DNA from: Clostridiales bacterium
Lineage (GTDB): Bacteria > Bacillota > Clostridia > Christensenellales > UBA3700
Direction of reading: 5' to 3'
Assembly: GCA_014799575.1 (NCBI GenBank)
Contig: JAAVHS010000015.1
Coordinates: forward strand, 65,820-129,819
Length of the DNA stretch: 64,000 bases
The translations under genes were made by a program, and so were the position numbers. Within the stretch, counting starts at the first letter, position 1, and each line of letters begins with the position of its first letter. Positions 47,752-57,124 of this stretch are shown here, piece after piece. Below the pieces are notes generated by a model that had not been told where the DNA came from, searched no databases, and was given only the letters and a program-made list of their open reading frames with translations.

Positions 47752-48686
47752 TAGTCAACACCTCCAGTATTTACATATTCACCATTGTTTGTTTCTTCAT
47801 CAATCGTGTTCTTCATACTTATCAAACCATCATATGCGATGCCACCCAGGAGTTTGTCAGCTAATTCCACATATGAACGATCGTCAAATCCTTCTTCCAA
47901 ATTAACGCCCATTCCCTGCAATTTATACTCAATAGCTTTGAACCACCTTTTCTCAGAATATCCACTGTCATCATTTTGATAGTGCTCATAAATTTTAGCA
48001 ATACCTTCCACCAATACGGGGTATACGACAATCCCGTTAAGATATCTATGTAAAGCCCCATTGTTAAAATCCTTGATATCATAAAAAAGTTGATTTAATC
48101 GTTCACTCAAGTAAACAACTATTTTTTCATCTATATCAAAATTCGCTTCAATCTCAGCTTCCGAATGTGTATTTTTTCTTATACTGAAAATAGAAGAAAT
48201 TGGCTTTTCTAACTCAGAGTCGTCAATAGGAATTGTTCTCATCTGACCTTGAGCCAACACATCGGCTTTTCTTACTGTAAAAGATATCTCCCTGAAATAT
48301 ATGTCGTTAAATTCTCCGTCGCAACGGAATGATTTAATGTCTTCTTTGGCAAGAATATATCCACAGAACTCAATATTCCTTTTTACGTCAAATTTCGGAA
48401 TTTTAATAACCTTTGTCAATTCCGCGGATTCAGTAGCATTAAACTCAAACGCTCTTCTATAAGATGCTGCGCTACTATAAATTAAAACGACAATCGCCGC
48501 TTTGCCCTGACGTATAAGTTCGGATAAACCATTGCATTTTAGTTCGCACTTGGCATTTATACATATATTATTCTCATCAACGATTATATCTTCTTCCTTA
48601 AAAGAAATATCAAAGGAACATCCGTCATTATAATCATCACCTTCAATAGAAAGCACCGGGTTAGGATAATCAATATTTAAACTCAT
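47751..48686 (-). CDS. hypothetical protein, member of GHKL cassette
   Basis: 311 aa, no motif recognised. Starts 1 nt after the GHKL ATPase stop. Confidence 0.7.
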   Translation of the reverse strand: MSLNIDYPNPVLSIEGDDYNDGCSFDISFKEEDIIVDENNICINAKCELKCNGLSELIRQGKAAIVVLIYSSAASYRRAFEFNATESAELTKVIKIPKFDVKRNIEFCGYILAKEDIKSFRCDGEFNDIYFREISFTVRKADVLAQGQMRTIPIDDSELEKPISSIFSIRKNTHSEAEIEANFDIDEKIVVYLSERLNQLFYDIKDFNNGALHRYLNGIVVYPVLVEGIAKIYEHYQNDDSGYSEKRWFKAIEYKLQGMGVNLEEGFDDRSYVELADKLLGGIAYDGLISMKNTIDEETNNGEYVNTGGVD

Positions 48687-48687
48687 T

Positions 48688-50685
48688 TTAAACTCCCTCT
48701 GAAAGAATTAATTTCACTCCCATTTTTTCTTTCTTTTCAAATATAATCATAAATTCTGCGGGATTATCTTTTTCTATTATCATTGGTCCCGCTTTCTTTC
48801 CATTGCAATTTACAGGCTTACCTTGATATGAAAATTTATTTATATTAAGAGTTTCCTTTTCCCCATCTTCACCCACAACAACACACTCCACAAAAAGCCG
48901 TTTGTAATCTTTTGCTGGAAATATAACCGCTTTGTATAATCCTATATTTGATTGTACTGGAAATGCTCTGCGCTTCGATAATTCTTTAATTGGTATGGTT
49001 CTATTTCCATTCCCTTCAACTACTCCCTTTTGTGTGGGTTTTGTTCCAGTTTGTACAATGGGATCTGGAGATTGCCCAGGATTCGGACCTGGCAATGGGC
49101 CTGGTCCTGGACCTGGATTAGGACCAGGTATAACATCTGGTATTGGTCCCATGTTTGATCCTTGATTGCCACCGTTATGAGACACTTCTTTTCCTTCATC
49201 TTCACGTCCCGGAACATCTGTTGACATAATTGTGTTTTTCTTAATTTTAGGTTTACCAATTTTGATTTTTACTTTAAGAATATCTTTTCCATTGCTATCT
49301 TCAGGAAGAGCGCCGTCTTCCGTATCAGCTAAGTATGCACTCATTCCAGGCGCATCTGTCGTATCACCGGCAGGACTTTCATATTGAGCCTTTAATATTC
49401 TCCAAAGTTCTTCATAAAGATCATCCAAAGCTTTTTTTGCATCATTGCGTTTTGATTTATTCGCCTCTCCCTTGATAAGTTTGTAATCCCAACGATTATG
49501 ACGCGGAGGTTCACATTCTCTCAATAGTTTTCCTAACTTCTCTCCTCTAACAATCATTATGGCTGCATAATGCTGAAACATGCGCTTAGACCCTTGCCCA
49601 ACCAACATTCCGTTAGAGCGGAAATTTGCAATAGTCCTTGCAAAAGAACTTTCAGCTTTAACATATATTTCAACTGCATCTTCTTCACCTAAAATTTCAA
49701 TTGACTTTTGATCGTCGGGAGTAGAAAAAGTTGAAAATAATTGGCGAGTAATCTCCAAATGACGATCGTTCTTAGAATATTCTTCAATAAACTCTGCGAC
49801 ACTTGTATCGTCAATACATTTCTTGTTTTGATTTTCATTCTTTATTTCTACAACGAGTCTTTTTTCGCGAATTGCAACAAAAAAATTTTTTATTACAGCT
49901 TTTGCTACATTATCTTGCCAATTGTCAGTTTCATTAAAGCCAACAATGATAACGTCTGTGCCATGTTCTTTTCTTACAAACAAATCCCTGAAATTATTAT
50001 CGTCTTCCTCGTAAATTGGCAACCATTCTTCTTTCTCATCATCATTTTTTTGATATCGTCCAATTCTTTGCGTTGGTTTACCCTCGTCATTCAAAAGAGT
50101 GGCAACTCGTCCTACGCCTACAAACGCTTTATTCTTGTTGACATCATAAGTGTTATAAAACACCATACTCAATGCAGAACAAGCAAATGGGGCATTTTTG
50201 CCAATACCAAAAGAACCTCCACTATTGTCATCGGATTTTACCGATATACCATCGGCACCAGTCAAAGCTTCCCATGGAGTATTTATGTTGTTGAGGTTAT
50301 GATTACCCAAAAGTCCTTTTGTATTATAATCACTTGCAACTAACACATTAACCTTATCCTTTCTCAATGTGTTTTCAGCTTCAGTTAAGAAACTTCCGAG
50401 TTTTGCATCAATATCTCCACCTACCGACCAAAACTCACGGCATCTTTCAAGACATTTTTTATATCCTAAAAATACGTCATACTTTTCGGTAGGAACAGTT
50501 TTTAATTCAAAAACAACCTTAACTGGTCCTTCAGCCTTATCATCGCGTGCATCCAAAGAATTTTGACAAATTTCACGTGCAAGATTATCAATTAATTCTT
50601 CGCCTTTAAATCCCTCAATGTCATTGTTCGTATATCCTTGTTTAGATCCACCAGATAACGGCGGAAATCTCCACGATATTTCCAT
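48688..50685 (-). CDS. GHKL-superfamily (MORC/Hsp90/MutL-like) ATPase with Pro/Gly-rich linker
   Basis: Start moved to ATG 50685 (AAGAGGA SD; MEISWRFPP). Bergerat-fold N box REICQNSLDA (Ex3Nx2D) and G box DDNSGGSFGIGKN. Linker GPIPDVIPGPNPGPGPGPLPGPNPGQSPDP precedes a C-terminal beta-rich domain of about 130 aa. Confidence 0.75.
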   Translation of the reverse strand: MEISWRFPPLSGGSKQGYTNNDIEGFKGEELIDNLAREICQNSLDARDDKAEGPVKVVFELKTVPTEKYDVFLGYKKCLERCREFWSVGGDIDAKLGSFLTEAENTLRKDKVNVLVASDYNTKGLLGNHNLNNINTPWEALTGADGISVKSDDNSGGSFGIGKNAPFACSALSMVFYNTYDVNKNKAFVGVGRVATLLNDEGKPTQRIGRYQKNDDEKEEWLPIYEEDDNNFRDLFVRKEHGTDVIIVGFNETDNWQDNVAKAVIKNFFVAIREKRLVVEIKNENQNKKCIDDTSVAEFIEEYSKNDRHLEITRQLFSTFSTPDDQKSIEILGEEDAVEIYVKAESSFARTIANFRSNGMLVGQGSKRMFQHYAAIMIVRGEKLGKLLRECEPPRHNRWDYKLIKGEANKSKRNDAKKALDDLYEELWRILKAQYESPAGDTTDAPGMSAYLADTEDGALPEDSNGKDILKVKIKIGKPKIKKNTIMSTDVPGREDEGKEVSHNGGNQGSNMGPIPDVIPGPNPGPGPGPLPGPNPGQSPDPIVQTGTKPTQKGVVEGNGNRTIPIKELSKRRAFPVQSNIGLYKAVIFPAKDYKRLFVECVVVGEDGEKETLNINKFSYQGKPVNCNGKKAGPMIIEKDNPAEFMIIFEKKEKMGVKLILSEGV

Positions 50686-50701
50686 AGTTAATCCTCTTAT
50701 G

Positions 50702-50920
50702 TTACAGTTTAAATTTTTCTTCATCAGAGCCTGTAGCCAAATACTTCATTTTAGCCGCTCTTAATTCTTTTTCTAATGTGTTAAAAATCTTATTAACATC
50801 TGCTTCCGTATAATCGTAATTTGCTTTATTTGAACAATTCCCCAATAATCTTAGCATGTCGATTATTTTATTGGTTCTGTTTTCTACGATTCTAACAAAT
50901 TTATCTCGTTTAGTTTCCAT
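50702..50920 (-). CDS. small hypothetical protein, first gene of GHKL cassette
   Basis: 72 aa from ATG 50920 (AGGAGA SD 9 nt upstream; METKRDKFVRIVENRTNKIIDML...). Helical. Ends 16 nt before the GHKL start. Confidence 0.6.
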   Translation of the reverse strand: METKRDKFVRIVENRTNKIIDMLRLLGNCSNKANYDYTEADVNKIFNTLEKELRAAKMKYLATGSDEEKFKL

Positions 50921-50952
50921 ATATTGCAATCTCCTAAAAATATTCTACGTAT

Positions 50953-50981
50953 ATATTACAATATCTAAACATGATTGTCAA
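50953..50981 (-). promoter_or_regulatory. sigma-A-type promoter of GHKL cassette
   Basis: On the minus strand: TTGACA (50976-50981), 17 nt, TAATAT (50953-50958). Lies in the 176-bp gap downstream of dcm. Confidence 0.55.
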
Positions 50982-51105
50982 TAGCAATTTGCAAGATTTT
51001 GAAAATGTTTTTCATATATTGCAATATTTGAAAAATGTAGTTGATTTTTAAAACAAAAAATGAACTTTTTACAGCTCATTTTGATTATAAGGTTGCCTTC
51101 GATTA

Positions 51106-52341
51106 TTAGTCTTCATCAACTAATAGATCGATAATTTTATTCGCAAACGCAATCGCCATTAATGGTGGAACCGCATTACCAACTTGTTTTACAACGTCCG
51201 ATCTATTTCCTTCGAAATAATACCAATCCGGAAAAGATTGTATTCTAGCGCCTTCTCTTGGCGTTAAAGCTCTATCCTGCTCATAATGAATGCATCGTAA
51301 ACCGGAAGGCGTAGCTAAATTGTTTGTTATTGTAGTAGATGGCTTATTTCGTTCTAGTCTCCCATACGTATTTCCATACCCTGATGTCAAGTAATATTTA
51401 CTATCAATTAATCCAGCAGCAACTTTGGCATTAAAATCGTCCTTTCCCTCACCTTCATTAACATTCTCTATTACAGTTCTAATTTTATCCCCATAAGTTC
51501 CACAAAAATGCACTGTAAGTTTATCGCAATCTCTACGCATAAGTTTTTGATAATCAGTCATAGGCGGCTTATCGTATTCCTCTATTGTTTGCCCTTCGCC
51601 AACCTCCGGCAAATCCGAAATTGCTTGATATACTGAAATAGTTTGCTTACCGTCACCTTTCGGATAATCCCACTCTATATTCAAGCCATCTCTTACGCCT
51701 ATAATGAAAACCCTTTCCCTGATTTGTGGAACTCCAAAATCCGTTGCTAGCATAGTTTTGGTACAAATCTTATACCCAATATCGTTAAACTTGCGTTGTA
51801 ACACGTCAATTACAAGATCACCATAATGATCCACTACAGGTTCTAATCGAGTAAATTCTTTGTCTCCTCTATGCTTTATAACTTCCTTTGTGACAACTTG
51901 TCCATTTTTATCAGTTTTATAAAAGATTTCTCTCATAGACAGAATACCTTTTACATTTTCAAATAAAAACATTTTCGGTTTAATCTTCTCGAGTAATCTT
52001 AAGTACTGATGCGACAATTTTGCTCTATCGTCATATTTTCTTTGACCAACGGTACTAAACGATTGACAAGGTGGACCGCCAATTATCACATCCACTTCCT
52101 CGCCTTTTAGCATTTCGTCAATTTTTTCATCTGTGATTGCACAAATATCACCCTCAATCATTGGGATATCACTGCCGTAGTTTTTCCTAAATGCCGCCGC
52201 CGCTTTTGGAGCAAATTCATTTGCAAACACAAATTGAACGTTATTTCTTTTAACAAAACGTTTGTTTATTAAGTCATAATAAAATCCAAAAGTTAAACCA
52301 CCAACTCCGGAAAACAAATCTACAATTTTACACTTTTTCAT
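51106..52341 (-). CDS. dcm: DNA (cytosine-5)-methyltransferase
   Basis: Motif I DLFSGVGGLTFGF, motif IV GGPPCQSFS, motif VI FENV, motif VIII QIRERVFIIG, motif X GNAVPP; 411 aa. Confidence 0.93.
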   Translation of the reverse strand: MKKCKIVDLFSGVGGLTFGFYYDLINKRFVKRNNVQFVFANEFAPKAAAAFRKNYGSDIPMIEGDICAITDEKIDEMLKGEEVDVIIGGPPCQSFSTVGQRKYDDRAKLSHQYLRLLEKIKPKMFLFENVKGILSMREIFYKTDKNGQVVTKEVIKHRGDKEFTRLEPVVDHYGDLVIDVLQRKFNDIGYKICTKTMLATDFGVPQIRERVFIIGVRDGLNIEWDYPKGDGKQTISVYQAISDLPEVGEGQTIEEYDKPPMTDYQKLMRRDCDKLTVHFCGTYGDKIRTVIENVNEGEGKDDFNAKVAAGLIDSKYYLTSGYGNTYGRLERNKPSTTITNNLATPSGLRCIHYEQDRALTPREGARIQSFPDWYYFEGNRSDVVKQVGNAVPPLMAIAFANKIIDLLVDED

Positions 52342-52527
52342 TTTTCTTTGCTCACTAAGTATTTATTTGGTTTATATGTCCATTTCTGTCTGCACATTAG
52401 CTCTAATAATCATAACATCTTATCATCAACTTTACTTTATATATGTGTATATTATAATTAAATATAAAGATTAAGTCAACTAAATGATTCTCTAATATAC
52501 CACACTAACCTTGATGATACATATTGA

Positions 52528-52920
52528 TTATTTATTAGGTCGCAACCTGTTTCTAAATAAACGAGACAATGTATTAACATTTAGTTCGCCGTCTTTGATT
52601 GACAGCACTTTTGTGCCATTCTCAACAAGAAAGCCTATCTCTTCCGTTATTTCTATTGATGAGTTGCCAAGCACAGCGAGTTCCATAATAAGTAATTCAT
52701 CAAATTCGTGGTATTTGGCTTGCAATCTTAAATTTTTATATGTGAGTGCGCCCATTGTTCCACTCTCCATATAAGTACGAACTACCGCAAGTCCGTTTGT
52801 TTTGACATAACAATCTAGTATATCATTTTGCTCTTGCAACTCTGAGTTATCACCCTTTGATGAACGGCAATACAATATTGCCCTATTCTTGCTTTCTTTA
52901 TTTAACACTTGATCATTCAT
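52528..52920 (-). CDS. serine recombinase (resolvase) catalytic-domain-only protein, possibly a remnant
   Basis: Start at ATG 52920 (GGGGGGAAGAG SD). RAILYCRSSKGDNSELQEQ resembles the resolvase active-site Ser block. There is no C-terminal HTH, and the usual DRLGR block reads LAVLGN. Confidence 0.55.
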   Translation of the reverse strand: MNDQVLNKESKNRAILYCRSSKGDNSELQEQNDILDCYVKTNGLAVVRTYMESGTMGALTYKNLRLQAKYHEFDELLIMELAVLGNSSIEITEEIGFLVENGTKVLSIKDGELNVNTLSRLFRNRLRPNK

Positions 52921-53092
52921 ATAATCTCTTCCCCCCTTATAAAATAAAAAAGAGTTTGACTGCCTCTGCAAATCAAACCCTCTCTGTTAACCGACGGATT
53001 AAATGATTTCCTATTCAACTACAATTATCCTAACATATTTATTCCGGTTTGTAAATTAAAATAGAAAAATTTTTATAATCATATAATTAATT

Positions 53093-54889
53093 CTATTTAT
53101 CTATCTCCCCAAGCACAACTCCACACTTTGGACATATACTTTTCAATTTCCAGCCTGTTACTTCTTCATCGAATCTAAACGATGAAACTGCATAAGGTCC
53201 CATAATTGTTTCATATTTCATCAACTGAAAATAATACGGTTTTTCTTTTACTGCATCAGTAATCGTTTTTTCATTTAACAATAAAGAATCGTCCACATAT
53301 TTTATCCACAATAAATTTTCCTCTTTACAGTTTGAACAGCTGGTCATTGATATTCTATGACCACATTCGTGGCAGTCTATATAGTCAGTTCCTTTGCGTA
53401 CTTTAGTTGAGCCACACAATGGACAGGTCGATGGCATAGTGCGGAAATCTTTATTGCGCAATATATGCGAATTGATAATTCTTTGTATATGTAAGAAATT
53501 GTATCGCAAATCTAATGGCGATAGGATTTGTATCCCCGTCTTATAATAAGACTTGTTTTCAATATCCTTCTCGTCCTTTGCATAATTATCGCCTATATTA
53601 AACAGCCTTCTATAAATCGTCTCGCCGAAATCATTTGATGCGCTACATGCGTTTATATCCAAAGATACAAAACAATACTTGCTCGTAACTTGGCTTCGTT
53701 TTTCTCTCTTAGACAGTGCGCTTATTATGTCGGTCGTTCTATCGTCTACTTGACTCCTGCTCATTCCTTCAAAATTGGTATAATCAGTATATATTTCAAA
53801 TACGTCATACTTATTCGCTTTCTCATCTATCAACAACGATAACACTACTTTATGTTCTTTGGGCACAAGACTTATTCTTATCTGCGTATCGCCCTTTATC
53901 CAAATCATATCGCCATTTATCGTAAGAACGTCATCGTCATAATTTATGATTGGATTATTGCGTTCTTCATAACCGCTGTTGTGCATAGATGCTATAACGT
54001 TGAAAACAACATAGGCATAATAATAGTTAGAATATTGCTTTTCCTCTTCTTCGTCAAAAGAATAATCTTCTTCTTGATGTACTGAATTCAAATACTCCCA
54101 CAACTTGTAGCAACGATTGTAATTTGCATCGAACATTATGATATTTGTTTTTTCGATAGGACTTTTAACCTTACGACACTTTCTCAACTTGCTGTAAAAA
54201 TCCGAATATCTTAAGTTAACGATTTTTCTTTCCAGAGCCCTGACTTCATCAAGTTCATCACGCATATGCGCAGTATATCCAGCAGCAACGCTTGAATTAT
54301 TATCTTTTGATAAAACTTTCAGCAATCTATCGCTGTTGGCCTGCATTCTGATGTAGTTATTCCTAGAATTGTCTAATACGCTCAAAATATTATTATCTTC
54401 GACTTGTCCATATAGATTTTCAAGTTTTATACGTCGAGCAGCCACGCTAAGTATTATTCTATCGATTAACGTTTTTACGAATCTATTTTCGTACAAATCA
54501 ATCGTTTCTTCGTTGATATCGGAAACAATATTCTTTGGTTTTACAGTCAAGAACGTACGCGCATACCAATCGTTACTATTCCTACCCAAATGCAGAATAG
54601 CGTTACTATTAATTCTTTTAGCCGTTTCAACTGGGACTTTCTCTTCGATTGACTTTATGAACGAACGCGGTTTCTCTACTATGCGTTGTATGTAAGGAAT
54701 CGCTTTTTTTATCTCCTTCACACAATCCTCATCAATAACCTTAGTTCCCTCTTCGTCATTAAATTGTAAGAGAATCTTCTTGGTAGAAAAGCCGTCTATT
54801 AATTCATCGATTCTTGCGCCATTAGGATAATACTCATAAAAGTCATCGAATACCCTATTAAACAAAAACTTTTCTTCTTCTAATCGCAT
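53093..54889 (-). CDS. McrC-like (DUF2357-type) partner protein with C-terminal zinc ribbons
   Basis: 598 aa, starting 3 nt after the McrB-like gene. DLYENRFVKTLIDRI block typical of DUF2357/McrC relatives. C-terminal CPLCGS..CHECGH, CSNC and CPKCG motifs. The nuclease motif is not clearly identifiable by eye. Confidence 0.6.
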   Translation of the reverse strand: MRLEEEKFLFNRVFDDFYEYYPNGARIDELIDGFSTKKILLQFNDEEGTKVIDEDCVKEIKKAIPYIQRIVEKPRSFIKSIEEKVPVETAKRINSNAILHLGRNSNDWYARTFLTVKPKNIVSDINEETIDLYENRFVKTLIDRIILSVAARRIKLENLYGQVEDNNILSVLDNSRNNYIRMQANSDRLLKVLSKDNNSSVAAGYTAHMRDELDEVRALERKIVNLRYSDFYSKLRKCRKVKSPIEKTNIIMFDANYNRCYKLWEYLNSVHQEEDYSFDEEEEKQYSNYYYAYVVFNVIASMHNSGYEERNNPIINYDDDVLTINGDMIWIKGDTQIRISLVPKEHKVVLSLLIDEKANKYDVFEIYTDYTNFEGMSRSQVDDRTTDIISALSKREKRSQVTSKYCFVSLDINACSASNDFGETIYRRLFNIGDNYAKDEKDIENKSYYKTGIQILSPLDLRYNFLHIQRIINSHILRNKDFRTMPSTCPLCGSTKVRKGTDYIDCHECGHRISMTSCSNCKEENLLWIKYVDDSLLLNEKTITDAVKEKPYYFQLMKYETIMGPYAVSSFRFDEEVTGWKLKSICPKCGVVLGEIDK

Positions 54890-54892
54890 ACC

Positions 54893-57106
54893 CTAAATCC
54901 TATCAATCATATTTTGAATGGCTTTTCTAGTCATTTTGAATTTATCATCTTTTTCCGATTTTCTCAAATCAGATAAAAACTCTTCCAATCCTTTCTTGGT
55001 AGATTCATCATAGAAGCCTTGAAGTTTGCGCAACACTTTCGTTACGAAAATTGTGTCAATTGCTTCTTCAATTTTACCACCACAAGTCACGTATGCCGGA
55101 ACAAACTTATAAATCTGTTTGCTAATACGATTGCCGAAGCTGATTTCAAAGTAAGTTTGCATACGCTCATCCAACCAATCCACATGGCCTTTTATTTCTT
55201 TTTTCATTTCCGGAGACAAACTGCTTGCATTTGTAAGCAAAACGTTGAGTTCCGCATAACTAACACCCCTTGGATAACTTGATTTATCCACTGAAAACTC
55301 TTCCTCTCTTTTATCGAACTCAAGAACTATTGCTCTATCGTACACTTTATCAGAAATGGCAAAAGTAGAATCGTCTTTATTTGCAGTACCTATAAACCAC
55401 GTATTATCTCCTATGGACAAATTGCCTTCAACAATATACTCCGGACAAACACCTCTTACGTCGCGTGATATCAAATTGACTTTACGATTTTCAGGTTTCT
55501 CTTCTTCCAATGCCGACAAGAAATCCGCGAAATAATACTCTATTCGAGACAAGTTCATTTCATCTAGCATGATTAAGTGCACGTTATTGCGATCTCTTGT
55601 TGCCCTATACAACGCCTCCAAGAACTTTGTTTCCTTATAGCGTTTTTCAAAATCATTATAGAAACCTAGTAAATCATTCCGATCTTTCCACGATGACTGC
55701 ACTTCGATTCTATCAGTTATAGACATCATATATTCGGCAAAGGCGTTTGGTAGACTTGATTTACCGGTACCGCTCATACCCTGCAAGATTATTATACGCG
55801 CTGCCGCCAATCCTGCAAAAAACGTCCTTATACTTTCCATCGAATAATATAGTGGATTATCATTCCTAGATGCTAGATAATTTCTAAAATCTTCGCATAT
55901 CTGTTTTAACGATCTACCAGTTCTTGGATAATCCGCAAGATTCTTCTCATCATCAATCGCGCTCAACGAGGCAAATACGTTGTCTTGACGACTATTATAA
56001 TTCTCCTGAATTCTATCCAATTCTCTTTGCAACTCAACGCGCTGCAATTCAAGAACCCTAATGAATCTTCTAGAATTCTCCAAATCATTGCGATATATAT
56101 CCAACTCAGCAAGTTTCCTATCCGTTTCTATTTTTTCTATCTTCAAATTTTTAAGTTCTTCAGCTATTTGTGAATTTTCATCTGCCGTCGTTCTCAAACG
56201 TACAATTTCATCATCTGCTGGCACTTTTGTCAATCTATCTCGAAGTTCCATATTTTCTTTTTCGAGACGATTACGCTCGTCAATCAACGCCGTTGGATTT
56301 TGACCGAATCTTTGAATTTGTCTATAATATTCTTCGTTTTCCGCTTTGCATTTTTTGTACGTTTCATCGAGAATTTGATTTTTCTGCTCCAATGAATCTA
56401 TTTTATGTTCGAGTTCCATCACGCGTTGTTTTCTTGCATCACTTTTCTCTAACTCTTGCATATAATAATCTTTATCGTCATTGCTTGAATTTAGTTCTCG
56501 TTCTTTCTTTTTAAGCTCCTTTACAAGTTCATCTTTTTCCTGTTCAAGCGACGCTATCGCAGAATTAAAACCTTTAATTTGCTCATCTACGTCTTTTAGC
56601 ACGTCCGTCTTATATGATTTCTTTTGGTTTTCCAACTCCAAAGAATCCTTTGTAAATTGTTCCATTTTGCTTGCTAATTCTTCATACTGCAAATCTAGAT
56701 TCTCTGTTTTTTGCTCTAATTCTTTTTGTTTAGCCTCCACGTCTTCTTTGACCAAGTGCGCTTGAGAAATAATTTTATCAGCCGCTATCTTGGCATCAGC
56801 TTCAGCTTCTTCTTTTACTTCTTTCTTATATTGACTCTGTACTTCGCCAATAGATTTCTCTACTTCTTTGTTTGCTTTCTCTATTATTTTTTTCTTTTCA
56901 GCCTCTCCTTCGTTAATTAAACGTTGCTTTTCTTCCTCGCCTTCTTGAATGAGTCTCTCCTTTTCCTTTTGGCCTTGTTCTCTTAATGCCTCTCTTTCCT
57001 CGGATGTCAACTCTACTTCTGGCTTAACTACCTTTACAGTTTCTTGCTTTACTGTCGGTTGAGGACGATTATTATTACTCTTATTGCCTTTATTTTTCTT
57101 TGCCAT
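54893..57106 (-). CDS. McrB-family AAA+ GTPase with ~400-aa N-terminal coiled coil
   Basis: Walker A GMSGTGKSS, Walker B/McrB block HLIMLDEMNLSRIEYYFADFLSALEE, FIGTANKDDSTFAISDKVYDRAIVLEF. The N-terminal K/E/Q/L heptad region runs from about aa 20 to 400. Confidence 0.8.
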   Translation of the reverse strand: MAKKNKGNKSNNNRPQPTVKQETVKVVKPEVELTSEEREALREQGQKEKERLIQEGEEEKQRLINEGEAEKKKIIEKANKEVEKSIGEVQSQYKKEVKEEAEADAKIAADKIISQAHLVKEDVEAKQKELEQKTENLDLQYEELASKMEQFTKDSLELENQKKSYKTDVLKDVDEQIKGFNSAIASLEQEKDELVKELKKKERELNSSNDDKDYYMQELEKSDARKQRVMELEHKIDSLEQKNQILDETYKKCKAENEEYYRQIQRFGQNPTALIDERNRLEKENMELRDRLTKVPADDEIVRLRTTADENSQIAEELKNLKIEKIETDRKLAELDIYRNDLENSRRFIRVLELQRVELQRELDRIQENYNSRQDNVFASLSAIDDEKNLADYPRTGRSLKQICEDFRNYLASRNDNPLYYSMESIRTFFAGLAAARIIILQGMSGTGKSSLPNAFAEYMMSITDRIEVQSSWKDRNDLLGFYNDFEKRYKETKFLEALYRATRDRNNVHLIMLDEMNLSRIEYYFADFLSALEEEKPENRKVNLISRDVRGVCPEYIVEGNLSIGDNTWFIGTANKDDSTFAISDKVYDRAIVLEFDKREEEFSVDKSSYPRGVSYAELNVLLTNASSLSPEMKKEIKGHVDWLDERMQTYFEISFGNRISKQIYKFVPAYVTCGGKIEEAIDTIFVTKVLRKLQGFYDESTKKGLEEFLSDLRKSEKDDKFKMTRKAIQNMIDRI

Positions 57107-57124
57107 TTGTATACTTCTCCTTTG

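Noticed and set aside
55985-56920. Several 60-115-aa + strand ORFs opposite the McrB-like gene
   Set aside because: They are antisense to the K/E-rich coiled-coil coding region. GAA/AAG-rich coding gives TTC/CTT-rich stop-free antisense frames, so the S/F/L-rich products are artefacts.
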